A DNA stretch of 64,000 bases from assembly GCA_963693365.1 (NCBI GenBank), contig CAVNZM010000002.1:12456328-12520327 (forward strand), in the 5' to 3' direction. Below, piece after piece: positions 19,026-31,198 of this stretch (its first letter is position 1; the number at the start of each line of letters is the position of its first letter). The stretch comes from Amoebidium appalachense (taxonomy: Eukaryota; Protista; Ichthyosporea). The translations under genes and the position numbers were made by a program. Below the pieces are notes generated by a model. The model made no database searches and had not been told where the DNA came from. It was given only the letters and a program-made list of their open reading frames with translations.

Positions 19026-19134
19026 CCCCTCCCCCCCCCCCCCCCCCCCCCCCTCCCCTCCCCCCCCCCCCCCCCCCCCCCCCAGGCCCCTTCCCCCCTC
19101 CCGTTCCATGTGACGTTCCCAGTACTCTTGGTGC

Positions 19135-19256
19135 TTTTCGTTTTTATTTAAACCAACCCTTATATTTTCGTTTAATATTTAAACCAACCCTTATATTTTC
19201 GTTTATTATTAACCCAACCCTCATATTTTCGTTTAACATTAGAACCAACTCTTATC
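19135..19256. repeat. ~31-nt tandem repeat (TTTTCGTTTAATATTTAAACCAACCCTTATA)
   Basis: 4 imperfect copies visible. Confidence 0.8.
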
Positions 19257-19458
19257 CTCCAGCAAGTGAACCAAGTCTTTATCGCCTCTACTGTATCCGA
19301 GATCAATCTACACACTCGCGATATGATGGTGCACAGACAGAGAGTGACAGAGGGTTCTCAGAGAGTATAAGGGGTGGCGAAAGGAGAGGTGGGCATGGGG
19401 CTCAGCCTGAGAGGTGTGTGTTTGTGTGTGTGTGTGTGTGTGGGGGGGGGGGGGTTGT

Positions 19459-20312
19459 TGTTGTTGTACGAAGTATCTACATGTATAAGATCTTTTCAGT
19501 TTGTGTTGTGTTTTAACGGTTCATGTGCTTAGTATAAATGTCACACTCCTATTATGTAAAGTGTAGCATCGATCTCCGATATGCTTGTATACTTGTAATC
19601 GTGCTGTATCGGCTATAATCGTGTGTTGCAATATCGATTAGCCTATTGAATATTAATGTGTGTGTACACGGATCCACCCACTCAGGGAGAGACGTGTACA
19701 TGTTCCTGGGCACAAATACAAATAAACCCCGCAAAAGTGTGTGTGTGACTTTGGACTGCCACTTACTTATTAAACATGTACACAATCACAAGATAATCAC
19801 GCAATATAACAAATTGAAAAAGATACCACACGACACTAGACCCGATGAAAGCATACACCTGAAAAACTAAGCCTTATGTCTCGTTTTATATATACTGACC
19901 GCCTCAACCATATTGCCAAATATGGCACTCGCAAATGTATAACACCTAAATACATATTACCTTCCTGTTTGAACTGGTCTTTCTCTAGCTGATGGTATTA
20001 TTGATCAATTACCACGCTTTTACTGTACACGTGCTATACAGTGGAGATCTAATAAGTATAAGGTGGCATCATTTGCATGCCCAAACAACACACACACACA
20101 CCAGTTTAACCGGTCATGTATCGCCAAATGTAGTTTGATAGACCACATAATACCGCAACACACACACGTCACATTCACAACAGACACCCAGAAAGATAGC
20201 CTACCTGTAAATTACAACATCCTTGATTTTATACTAAACACGCGTTACTACGACCTGTTTATTAGATGTATTGATTGGCTTGAGAAACACATCACTACAA
20301 AACTCTAGCGCA

Positions 20313-20359
<47 letters not shown>

Positions 20360-21325
20360 CCAGCTGATACCGAGTGTCCCAGGGGGAGCCCCTTAAAAAA
20401 AAAAAAAAAAAAAAAAAGAAACGGGGAACCCCAACTAATTGATTTCTCATTGTAGTCTTTATGGTGTCTCGTAGAGAAAGTAAACCCTGATATATAGTCA
20501 TCACCCGACATCTATGTACGTGATCATGATATACCGCTGAGGGGATATTCCGAGCTAAACCCCCCCATACCTGAGACTGGTTTCTCTTTGCCTCGAGTAA
20601 ACAGCGTAAACCCCCCCATGTTCGTGTGTACATAAATATATTTAGTAGTAGTTATACTATTACTATCTTGTTTGTTGATCTGTGCTCTCTTCTCCTTTCT
20701 CTTTCTCCTTCTTTATTTTCTTTTCTTTCTCTCCTTGTTTTCATGGGTATAATCGTATTTCTTTTCTACTAATATATACGGGTAGATTTGTGTCACTTAA
20801 TATGTGTTAATCGGACGGTAACACACTTAGGCTACACTTGGGTTGACATGTGTGATCAGACTTCATCAATTTACTTTAGTGTTCATGTGTTGCCGTGCTT
20901 TAACCAATCATCAAGGTTAAGTGTGGTATTTCTGAGTCTTTGCAGTGTGTCATCGGTTAGAACTTTCCCCCGCTTCCTCGATAATGACACGAGTTGATCT
21001 TTGCTAGTGTCTGTGCCCTATCATGTACATGTCCGCGTACCGGATCTCTCTGAAAGCAATTAGTTCTTAGTGATTGGTTTCTTTTAGAGACAGACCTGAT
21101 TTCCGACTGGTCGGAAATCACGGATAGATTTGACTTACGGGAATTTCGAGTATTATATACGAGATCGAAATAAATTTAGTTCAGTCGTGTCTAAACATTG
21201 ATGTCTGTTGTGTACACTGCTCCGATCGCTCCGTGTTTTTGTTGTTGTGTGTCTGTGGTGTTTTTACACTGCACCACCATGTCGCTGCTTTCCTTCCCAG
21301 TCCCAAATACTAATATAAATTTACA
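19459..21325 (+). mobile_element. Older solo Copia LTR (family B-like) interrupted by a ~0.9-kb insertion (~19706-20616)
   Basis: 19459-19705 and 20617-21325 align with the solo LTR at 47882-48807. TG...CA ends. CATGTTC is duplicated at the borders of the insertion. Confidence 0.8.
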
Positions 21326-21338
21326 GGGGGGCGGTACC

Positions 21339-21549
<211 letters not shown>

Positions 21550-22388
21550 GTGAGTGTGTGCAAGGTGTGCGTGACTTTATTTTATTTTATTTTTCGTTTT
21601 TATTTATTTATTTATTTATTATTTTTTTCGGGGGGGGGGGGGGGGGGGGAGGGCGAGGGGTGGGGTGGGGTGGGGTGGGGTGGGGTGGGGTGGGGGTGGG
21701 GTGGGGTGGGTGGGTGGGTGGGTGGGTGGGTGGGTGGGGGGGGGGGGGGGGGGGGGGGGCGGGGGAGATTTCCGGGCACTGTGGGATATCATTGCGTTGC
21801 AGCGGCAATGGGCATGGTAAAATGGATACGTGATTAATACGAAACTGAAGCATCGTAATTCAATGCACAATTGGAATACTCATCCTTGGTATCCAAACTG
21901 AATCACGTCTGCCAATATTTGACCCAAGCAGATTCCAGCAGTCATAACGTGTCTGTGTGTGTGTGTGTGTGTGTCCGGGGGGAGCCGGGGAGGGGGGGGG
22001 GGGGGGGGTGATATATGCATTGGGGGGTTGGAAAGATTGGGGAGGAGACATCAGAGGACAAAACGCATAACGTTACAATAAAAGAAACCTGAATTCTAAC
22101 CTTCAAAAAAAAAAAACCAGGTAAAAATGTGCAGGCTGAAGACACTTATCTGGAACCCATCATCAGAGGGGTTTCTATGCCTCCACAAAAGAATGAACTT
22201 CGACTCTTTAACATCTTGTGTGCGGTTTCCGGGCCCAGCCCATCCTTTGTTTCAACAGCAAAAGGTCGCCAAAGACGAGCAGGGTTGTCCAGGGGGCAGC
22301 ATGCGCAGCCTAAAAACGCAACCAAAAATACACGCAAGTAAACAATAAGCGTAAGAAAAATAATCCCCAAGCACAGAAGTTCCGCTTT

Positions 22389-22419
<31 letters not shown>

Positions 22420-22882
22420 GTGGGCAGGGAAAGGGAAGGGGGAAGGGAGGGTATTATTATAAACCGTATATGTACACCGTGATAGACGGGGCTACAGAGC
22501 TTCCAGAATCTTGAAATCGCTTTCAAAATTTCAAGGTCAACATTTTATTTTTTGGAAAAATCATACATTGAGCATGTTCCTTTCTCATTATCGACAATGA
22601 CATACTATAAGTTCCAGACTTCAAGAGAAAGTAGCTTAGTTTCAGCACAATTCACTGACAACTTTAACAGATAAGATCACCTATACATAGCATGCCATGA
22701 TGCAATACTACTACATAGGCTGCAGTTTATTACTGCACCTCCCAACTTGAAAATACTCTAGCTTGAGTTCTCACCCGGACCCATGGCCACCGGGTCTCAA
22801 TAATCATAAAATCCATAATTATTATCTGAAAGCCCCCGTAATATTTCCAACCCCATCCCAACTATTTGTTACTACACTAGTC

Positions 22883-25027
22883 TTACCCTGGCCCATTAAG
22901 CGACCCGCGACGGATGAGCACATCCTGGGAAGAAGAAGAGGCAGGGTAGCCAGCCAGGGTGCCAAAATGCCCCGAAGGGCTATTTATGTTGCCCAAATGG
23001 ACCGAAGGGCTATTTATGTTTATGTTGTTAAGCTGCCCGGATTGACTTTTGAGCTCGACGCCTGAGGGGCCATTGATGTTAGTGAACTGGCCGATAGAGG
23101 GACTGTTGAGGGAATATGCCGTGGTTCTGGCCGCCAGGACCGACACATCGGATCTCTTGTTGGCTTTGCTCTTTTTGTGCCGCCGCCACACAAAGAACAT
23201 CACCACGCAAAAGCAGCAACCCATACACGAGACCAACAACACGATGCCCGGTACGATAATTGCTATAATCGGAATTCCAGTACCGAACATGCCAGTCGCA
23301 GCGGGTGCCAGCGGTGCATTTCCTTCATCGACTGGTCCGTCAACTAGTGCAAAGTCTTGGCTGCCCGATATTTCCTCCGACGAACGTCGTACGATGTTGG
23401 GGCGTGAACGTCGGCGGCGACGGCCGGTGGTTCCATCGAGGTAATCGACAAGCACAGTCCAGGTGAGGGTGATGGTGTTGTTGGTGGTGGCTGAACTGGC
23501 GCATGTCAGTGCCGCAGTGACGGGGATGGGGTTTTGAATCTCGGGCGGAGTACGCTGGACAAACACTTGGGTCATGTTGGCGGCATTTTGGTACGGGGCA
23601 GTGTAGCGGGTGCAGTCGCCGTTGGATGTGCGGTTGAACTGAGTGATGATTGCATTAGTTATACCGACACTGGAAGTGTTGGTCCAAAGACGAAGCGACC
23701 AATAGCTGGTGTCGCCGAGGTTAAAGGAACGAGAGGCGCGTGTGGTGGTGTATTGGTTATTGGTGCGTAAAACAACGTCGAGGGTGAAGAGGGACGACAG
23801 ATTGAACGCCGTGACGTTGCAGAAGTTGTTTGTGTTGATGGAAAAAACAACATCCGCCGTTGTTGACGCCATGAAGGGGCACATGTTGCTGGCGATGGAC
23901 GACTGTTGGCAGGCAAGAGGGACACTGCCCATGACGTAGTACCCCGTCAAATCGCACGCCGTGATGTTGAGCATTGCTGTAATGTTGCATGTGTCGCTGT
24001 TCAATATTGACAGCCCGTCACACGTTGGGCCGGTGACCCACCGTGACCCATTGGCAGATGGTATGTTCATGTTCGATAGACTCAGTGTGCCGTTGGAATA
24101 CCCCGGGATGATGTATGGCGCAGGCAAATTGATGACAATGGTGACGGTGGAGGTGTTCACCCCGTCTACCGCCTGGACCGCAATTTTGCTGATGGCCGCC
24201 TGCAGGTCTGCCTCGGGGTAGTTGACGGATATCGTGGCGGATATGGTCCCCAGCCTATCCATTTGGATGCGTAGTTTGGTCACCGCGTTGGCTTCGCGGT
24301 CTACCCCCTTGCGTAGTGTCTTGTTTTGTGAAGCATTGTCTACTCGTTCCGTCATCCACACTTGGACGTCTGCCAAATATTTCACGAAAATGTTATCTGT
24401 TCTGTCGATCGACACACCACAGTTTCCCAACCTGTCAAACATCACCGAGAAGGAAAGGTATGCACGGCATGTATCACCTTTAATAGAAAAATAGTAAGCG
24501 GACATTTTTGCGCTGGGGCTGTTACCTCCATCCTGCGAGTATTTGCAGTTGGCAAAAGCCACGTCCACCAAGTATCGAGTCTCGTGCCAGTATCCAAGGT
24601 CGGCCTGCACGTTGACCTTGTTGTTGAGGATGTTTGGGTTGATGAGGCTGATGGAGAAGTTGGCCTGCGCTGCCCGTGGTGTTGCGAGGGTGCACGTGGT
24701 GGGTGTTGTGCGGTGGCATATGCTGAGACCCATAACCTGCAGGTTTACTCCCTGCACGGTGGAGGCAATCACATCACTGACGTTTGCGCTAGGGAGAAGC
24801 GTGGTTAACGTAGAGCCAGCGCCCTTGAGTGTCAGGTTCTTGTTGACAATTATGGGCGAATAAACGGAGAAAATACCCGATGAAAAAGCGATTGTGTCTC
24901 CTGGTGACGCGGATGCAATAGCGAGGGTTAGATTGCTCGTAGGCGTGACAGAAATCGTCGCCGCTCTAACGAGAGAAAACAACAGGGCAAACCCTGCTGC
25001 CAATAAAATTATTGAACGCATTGCCAT
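22883..25027 (-). CDS. Type I membrane glycoprotein, 714 aa, paralog of 4260-6254
   Basis: First ATG at 25027 (MAMRSIILLAAGFALLFSLVRA signal). Same Cys pattern; shared blocks such as PPEIQNPIPVTAALTCAS and ITLTWTVLVDYLD; RRRRRSR; TM; tail with NINSPS repeats. Confidence 0.9.
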   Translation of the reverse strand: MAMRSIILLAAGFALLFSLVRAATISVTPTSNLTLAIASASPGDTIAFSSGIFSVYSPIIVNKNLTLKGAGSTLTTLLPSANVSDVIASTVQGVNLQVMGLSICHRTTPTTCTLATPRAAQANFSISLINPNILNNKVNVQADLGYWHETRYLVDVAFANCKYSQDGGNSPSAKMSAYYFSIKGDTCRAYLSFSVMFDRLGNCGVSIDRTDNIFVKYLADVQVWMTERVDNASQNKTLRKGVDREANAVTKLRIQMDRLGTISATISVNYPEADLQAAISKIAVQAVDGVNTSTVTIVINLPAPYIIPGYSNGTLSLSNMNIPSANGSRWVTGPTCDGLSILNSDTCNITAMLNITACDLTGYYVMGSVPLACQQSSIASNMCPFMASTTADVVFSINTNNFCNVTAFNLSSLFTLDVVLRTNNQYTTTRASRSFNLGDTSYWSLRLWTNTSSVGITNAIITQFNRTSNGDCTRYTAPYQNAANMTQVFVQRTPPEIQNPIPVTAALTCASSATTNNTITLTWTVLVDYLDGTTGRRRRRSRPNIVRRSSEEISGSQDFALVDGPVDEGNAPLAPAATGMFGTGIPIIAIIVPGIVLLVSCMGCCFCVVMFFVWRRHKKSKANKRSDVSVLAARTTAYSLNSPSIGQFTNINGPSGVELKSQSGQLNNININSPSVHLGNINSPSGHFGTLAGYPASSSSQDVLIRRGSLNGPG

Positions 25028-26017
25028 TATGATAGTTTGTGCATTTAATATGTTCGTGTCCACATGTATCTATGCGTGTTTCACAAGCGCTATACTAACA
25101 TTTACAGTGAAACATGTATGAAGCTTTGACTACACCTGTACCGTGTGACGTGTTCGAAGATATCTAGACTTTTAAACTACATAGTTTGTTTAAACTTTCA
25201 GATGATGTGTATGCCAGCTGCAGCATGCATTGATTTTGGATGACCATGCATTTGAGACTAATGTAAGTGAGTGCACACGGTCATATAATGGTGCACGTTT
25301 TTTCTATAAAGGGGTTCAAAAAAAGCTAGCAGTTGTGGACGTAGGCGAGGAACTTGCAGTATACGATTCAGTTCTACAGGTTGTAGACCGGGGATGTAAA
25401 ATTGAAGTTGCTCTATGATAATGTGTTACATACACCCTGGTGATGTGCATTCAGTTACTTTTTTGGCTGACAGTGCCGGTGCACGTATGTCACTGTAATC
25501 CGGACCCACTAATAGTAGTGACTCTGTATCCCTCTCGGCCTTATATTTCCGAGTGAGACTCAACACGGGGCTTATATTAAAGCTTGAATAACTCATATTA
25601 TAGTGGTGACTGGTGAGTGTGATACGTACATGCATGTTTTGTTGGTGCACCAGTCGAACCCATGTGAAAATGCGAGCTGGTTGCTTGCCAGGTCACTGAG
25701 TGTGACATTGTGCCACGGGCCGGGCCGTGCCACAGTGCTACTGACTGTAGCACTGCTTTTGTTGGGCCGTAATCGTGGGAGGTCTCTAGATCTGCTCTCT
25801 CTTGATCAACTGCCATAAATATACTGCACGCATCAACAGTACGTACACAAATGCATGTGATTTCCAAGTTTCCTGGAAAGGCTTATAAATTAACCTTAAT
25901 CACCTTAAAGAAAATGCTGCGGTTTTTTCTAAGAGTTTCCTTTTTCAACCGTTTCAAGCAATATCCATTTGTGGTCACGTACAGGCGATCATGCCCTCAT
26001 CATCACGAACACTATAA

Positions 26018-26321
26018 ATGCCGGAGGCAAGACTTCCCCCTCACTCCCGTCGTGGCTCCCCGAGGTGACCGAGACAAAGAGAAGCAGAAATGCAAGTCAG
26101 TGAGGAATTTTATTATTGATTTTAGCCCTAATAAATAATATCAGTATCTGATCAGAAAACCCCCAAAACCCCCGGATAAACCCCCTAAACCCCAGAACAC
26201 TGTGTGTGTGTGCACACGTGTGTGTGTGTGTATGTGTGTGTGTTTGTGTGTGTATGATAGGCTATTGAAGGAACAGCACTTCCAGCACACAATGGCCGAA
26301 AGAACCCCTTCATCTATCCAA
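26018..26321 (-). repeat. Split direct repeat B2 (304 bp)
   Basis: Matches 26798-27101, and 33212-33514 apart from a 1-bp indel. Confidence 0.95.
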
Positions 26322-26336
26322 GGGTGGGAGGGAGGG

Positions 26337-26799
26337 AAGAGAAAGCAAGAGCAAACCGTAAGGCACCAACTAATCAGACTGAGGTCTCAGCTTCTGCCCC
26401 TTTACACAAGGTGCCACCAAACCAAGAAAACACCCAAACAGCCTAATTATTACCTTATCACGTTGCTCCCTCCCCTTTTTTCTTTTCACCTACACACTAG
26501 CTCTAAAAACAAGAACTGAACGAACGACGCCCACAGCCAGCTCTACAAAGCTGGTGCGCGGCTCACTCACATTTTTAGAACAGTGGAAAAGCCACCAATC
26601 ATATCACCTATCTACTGATAACTACGGATCACTTCATAACTATACCTGATCTATATCCAATCACTAAAGATACATACGACTGAGCTTAACATTCTACCCG
26701 TTAGGGCCAATCAGCTTGCACCGCTATGTAGCCGTTACCGCCGACTGACCGAACACGTGTCATCTCTCACCGCTGCCTCCTCCCGCTCGAGAACAACAT
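26337..26799 (-). repeat. Split direct repeat A2 (463 bp), probable promoter-containing repeat
   Basis: Matches 33530-33992; its first 45 bp match 31245-31289. Contains minus-strand TCAGTC (26382-26377) and three CCAATC motifs (~26595, ~26657, ~26707). Confidence 0.9.
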
Positions 26800-27101
26800 G
26801 CCGGAGGCAAGACTTCCCCCTCACTCCCGTCGTGGCTCCCCGAGGTGACCGAGACAAAGAGAAGCAGAAATGCAAGTCAGTGAGGAATTTTATTATTGAT
26901 TTTAGCCCTAATAAATAATATCAGTATCTGATCAGAAAACCCCCAAAACCCCCGGATAAACCCCCTAAACCCCAGAACACTGTGTGTGTGTGCACACGTG
27001 TGTGTGTGTGTATGTGTGTGTGTTTGTGTGTGTATGATAGGCTATTGAAGGAACAGCACTTCCAGCACACAATGGCCGAAAGAACCCCTTCATCTATCCA
27101 A
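26798..27101 (-). repeat. Split direct repeat B1 (304 bp)
   Basis: Direct repeat of 26018-26321 at an offset of 780 bp. Confidence 0.95.
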
Positions 27102-27182
27102 ACCTACCCTACTTGTTTTTATTTTGTGATTGTGTCTTTTAAATAATGTGTGTTGGGTGTGTGTAGTAGAAGCCTGTAGCTG

Positions 27183-30100
27183 CTAATCGTGCGTAATCAT
27201 GTGTGGCCTACGGGCCAAGGATTTTGCCTGGGCTGACAGATGAGCGGGCATTGAAATTGCCAGGAGCATGGCCTTGTTCGTGTCAATGTAGTGGTTGAAA
27301 GGCGTCGTGAAATTACGCCACCGACCATTGATACGAATTTGCTCATAGTCCTCCCCTCTGAGTGCTGCTGTGGAGGCTGCCCCGTGCCGTGTGCTGTACA
27401 ATGAGAAGTCGCTATCCAGGCCCACAGCCGTCAGACTCTGTTGCATACGAGTTGCTACCAGCGATGATGTGTACCCAGGATGAAACAGAGGGTCGGATGG
27501 GCGGGAGCCATGGGGAAATGCACCCACTGCCATGAGCTTCTGCAGCAAATGCAAGCACACTGGATCACGGATCACCACCATCTGATGATTGCCCGTTTTG
27601 GACCGTGGAAGAAGCAACACTGCACTGCCCGCTGGAGCATTGATTTCAATCAACCGTGGATCATTCGGAGGAATGAAGTCTGCCACCGTGCGCCGCGAGA
27701 GCTCCCCCGGCCGGGTGTAGGTTGCGAATGACATACACAGATAGAGTGCTACGTGCGGCATCTTGTATTCCCACAGAGCCGACACTGCCAAAATCATGTA
27801 GTCGTAGGGGAGTGGTCTGTGGTGATTGGTCGGGTTAGCATGGTCCCACCCCCTTAGGACCCTGGCCGACAGGACCAAGGAGTCCTTGCACTGGGGATAG
27901 TAATGGTGGATGGCTGACAGCACCGTCTTGCAGTGGGCGAGCCCGCTGCGGGTCTCTCCCAACTCTTCGTACATGTCAGCTGCATAGCTCGCAAGCATGT
28001 TATCCACCTGCTCTACCGACTGGAAGGTGCTCACCCCATCTTCCACACACCACGCTACGAATTTGTTCAAGGCGTTGTCGTATTTCGCCACTGTGGGAGC
28101 CGTGACATTGAGATTGAGCATATGCGTGATTTTTGCAGAGGGGACGACGTCACGTGACGGCATGTCTGCTGGATTGTGGGCAGAAGGGACCCACACCCAC
28201 GCCGGTCGAAGTGCGGCTGCACACACAAGTGCTGCCACCCGCCGGCACAGATGGTTTAGCCGTCGTGAACTCGATCTACCCTTGGCCACCGCAAACAATA
28301 AAGATGTGTTGTCGATGAGATGAGCTACTCTGGTGCTGTGATTTTGTGGTGCTCGCGTGAAACGTCGTAGTGATAATAGCAGCGCGTGCCCCTCGAGGAT
28401 GGTGATGTGATCTTCGTGCCGCCACGGAGTAGATATCGGATGGTGCCACTGCAGACCGTCAACTACTTTCAGAAAAGAGTCGTCGGTCGTGGGGTGGTTC
28501 GTGCTGTCGTTACATTCATCGGCTGAAAGGGCGTTAATCACGAGCTCACCGGTGTCGTCCACAGGCCCCAAGAAGGAATAACCGGGTCTGGACACCGACT
28601 GTGCTAATGCCGTCAACGATTGCTCAGCCGTAACGGACGCAATAGAAACACCTGCTCCCTTGGTGGACGCATCTGATGCCAACAGAAGAGAGGCGGGAGC
28701 AGCCGTCAAATCACACACAATGAGAGGTGCCAAATCCACCAACAGGGCCAACTCCCCCTTGACTGCAGAGGGGATTGGGCATGCCGTTAGTGGACATTGG
28801 CCGGCTGACAACGCAAACTGATAACTCGCCTCTAACACAGAAAATAAAGCTCTATTCAAAAGCAACAACCACGCCCAGCCCCCAAGCAAACGAGATAACG
28901 CCCGTGGAGCCACCTCCCGCATGAACAGAACCGCCTTTGTGTCGGCTAGTAGCCGCGCCAACCGTGATGCATCCGGTCGAATAACACCGTCCCGTCCTAT
29001 AGCCAACCCAAGTGCTACGGTCTCCGGGTGGTCTCGTGACGCCGTGACCGTTTTGGACGGTTTTATTTCGAATCCGTGTGTCTCTCCAGCGCGCCCGGCT
29101 GCCGTCATCTCGGAATTTACAGTAGATTCCTCCAACCCAACCCCCACCCAATCATCCACGTAGATCAAATGTGCCGTATCCGATTGGTCGGTAATGGAAT
29201 GTGCCGGTGAAGAATTCGATTGGATGCATCGTTCGATACGTAAAGGCGGGTGCGTGATGTGCTGGTGAGAACGTTGGGCGACAAACGGTGCCCATTTCCA
29301 GCCCATCGGCATAGACAACACCCGCGGATACACCAACCTATCGACACCCGGCAGTCCCACTGCTGAAGACGAAACCGGCGGAAGCCCTTGGTACCAAGAC
29401 AGCCAGTCTGGCACCCGAAAACGGTGGTAAAAATTCGAAAAATCGTACTTGGCCACCACCACCGCTGCGTCCTTCGGAACAATGATACTACACAAATCTG
29501 CCGGACTGGGAAAATTCGGATTGGGCGGGTCTATCATGACTGCATTCATGGGGCGAGCATCCATGATAAGACGGTCTTCCTTCTCATCTTTCTCCACCGC
29601 AAATAAACCATTGATAATCTTTGGGGGCTCCGAAATTTCTGAAAAAGCAACCATACCACAAACATACATACGCTTAGCCAATATAGGCCACTCCGCAGGC
29701 GACGCAAATGCATGGACAGGACGCCCGGGCAAAGGGTGGGCTCCTTCAGCACCCTCAGTGGTGCTCTCAGTTGCCAACACGCCCCCAAGCCCGCAAACTC
29801 CGTGACCGTTCGGCTGTCCGACCGCGTCACCCGTGCGATTTGACGCCACCACCAACACGTTTGGCTTCTCCATCATCTCCTTGAGGTCAGGTGGAAGGAC
29901 CTCTAGGAGCGGAACTGTTGCCCCAAACCCCTCAGGAGGAAGGGCAATACGCTCAGCAACTATGGGGGTGAAAGCTTTTGAGTGATTGAAATATGGGAAA
30001 GATTCAGACACAGCCGCTAAGGGGACATTGCTGATCCTGCGGCGCATATCCGCGCAAAAAACGAAAATTCGCTGAATGGATTGTGTCTGTGCCGGTGAGG

Positions 30101-30677
30101 GTGCATGAGAAAAGTGCGTGGATTTAGGAAAAGGCGTGGGAAAAAAATGTGTGCTGGTAGGAGGGGAAAATGTTGAAAAGTGTGTGTGATTCTGGGAAGA
30201 GGTGTCGTGCATGTTGTGCCAAACATCGTTCCTAGGAGATTCTACCGAGCCAGGTGGCCCATTATACAACGTGTTGATTGCAGCTATGGTTCTATTAACC
30301 AACTTTAACACAGCAAATCTCTTGTTGAACCTCCCACGTCTTCTTGGAGAGGACAACCTAACACCATCAAGCAACAGCGGGACTACAAAAAGGGGAAGTG
30401 GAAGTAAATCATTAGACACATGGGGAAACAAGCCTGGCTCAGCCGCGCCCGTGACGCCCTCACCAGGGGTACTAACATGGGGGGCTACGGGCTCACCGGT
30501 GTACCACTTCCGAGGGAAAGAACCAAACTCAGCTGGTTCCGTGGCAGCTGTGTTCGGGAACGAAGGCTGTGGACCGTGGCCTCCCCCTGCCTCAGCTGGG
30601 CAGCTGCGGGAGGCGCAGGGGGGTACGAATCTGTGGAAGCTGGGCCTAGGCATCCTTGTTGCCATCGAACGGTCCAT
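27183..30677 (-). CDS. RT-RNase H-tyrosine recombinase polyprotein (~1164 aa from the first ATG)
   Basis: RT: GLFAVEK..RLIMDAR, KYDFSNFYH, MPMGWKWAP, YVDD. RNase H: SDAS..GAG, HITILE, IDN, NPADMPSR. YR: RPGEL, KTG, YSTRHG, GRW, HY. All in one frame. Confidence 0.93.
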   Translation of the reverse strand: MDRSMATRMPRPSFHRFVPPCASRSCPAEAGGGHGPQPSFPNTAATEPAEFGSFPRKWYTGEPVAPHVSTPGEGVTGAAEPGLFPHVSNDLLPLPLFVVPLLLDGVRLSSPRRRGRFNKRFAVLKLVNRTIAAINTLYNGPPGSVESPRNDVWHNMHDTSSQNHTHFSTFSPPTSTHFFPTPFPKSTHFSHAPSPAQTQSIQRIFVFCADMRRRISNVPLAAVSESFPYFNHSKAFTPIVAERIALPPEGFGATVPLLEVLPPDLKEMMEKPNVLVVASNRTGDAVGQPNGHGVCGLGGVLATESTTEGAEGAHPLPGRPVHAFASPAEWPILAKRMYVCGMVAFSEISEPPKIINGLFAVEKDEKEDRLIMDARPMNAVMIDPPNPNFPSPADLCSIIVPKDAAVVVAKYDFSNFYHRFRVPDWLSWYQGLPPVSSSAVGLPGVDRLVYPRVLSMPMGWKWAPFVAQRSHQHITHPPLRIERCIQSNSSPAHSITDQSDTAHLIYVDDWVGVGLEESTVNSEMTAAGRAGETHGFEIKPSKTVTASRDHPETVALGLAIGRDGVIRPDASRLARLLADTKAVLFMREVAPRALSRLLGGWAWLLLLNRALFSVLEASYQFALSAGQCPLTACPIPSAVKGELALLVDLAPLIVCDLTAAPASLLLASDASTKGAGVSIASVTAEQSLTALAQSVSRPGYSFLGPVDDTGELVINALSADECNDSTNHPTTDDSFLKVVDGLQWHHPISTPWRHEDHITILEGHALLLSLRRFTRAPQNHSTRVAHLIDNTSLLFAVAKGRSSSRRLNHLCRRVAALVCAAALRPAWVWVPSAHNPADMPSRDVVPSAKITHMLNLNVTAPTVAKYDNALNKFVAWCVEDGVSTFQSVEQVDNMLASYAADMYEELGETRSGLAHCKTVLSAIHHYYPQCKDSLVLSARVLRGWDHANPTNHHRPLPYDYMILAVSALWEYKMPHVALYLCMSFATYTRPGELSRRTVADFIPPNDPRLIEINAPAGSAVLLLPRSKTGNHQMVVIRDPVCLHLLQKLMAVGAFPHGSRPSDPLFHPGYTSSLVATRMQQSLTAVGLDSDFSLYSTRHGAASTAALRGEDYEQIRINGRWRNFTTPFNHYIDTNKAMLLAISMPAHLSAQAKSLARRPHMITHD

Positions 30678-31198
30678 CCACACACACGCGCGCCACCGTG
30701 ACACCCCCCGCACCTCCCCACAGGGGGAGGCCGTGTGTTTACACCGAGCTCGACTACCTAGTAGAGACCGTGCATTGACTCACAATGTCGTATATAAGAG
30801 AGTTCTGCTCGGGAAGAAGAGAGGCTCACTTGCCCATGTCAAGGAAAGCAGAGCACGTATTTGTAATGCTTGGAGTTCAGAAAGTTCACTGTGACTGTAT
30901 AGGCAGAGAGACAGACAAAATTTACGTAGTTTTTCACTCTACAAGACTCCTCAGCGCTAGCGAGCTAAACAACATACTGAAGGGAAAAGACAAATGTAAA
31001 AGTCGTATTAATATCTAGAGCGAAAAAAGGAACCTTGAAAATGAGGAGAACGAGCTGGTTAACGTTGAGTTGCCAGAATTCGTGTGACAATTGCAGAAGT
31101 CAACAGAAAAAAGGACAGCTAGCTAAGGCAACTAGTTTGTGCGCTTTTACAGTAGCACCACCAAACTTAGTTCAACCAACTAACTCTACAAATCCCTT

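Noticed and set aside
22883-25027. Membrane protein as an env gene of the YR element
   Set aside because: Intact copies lie outside the element boundaries, and paralogs occur without the element.
26156-26193. Telomere-like A4C5 repeats
   Set aside because: Only four irregular units, internal to repeat B.
30202-30894. 230-aa plus-strand ORF as a candidate antisense gag
   Set aside because: Non-ATG start, mostly the shadow of the large ORF, and no zinc knuckle or other recognisable motif.
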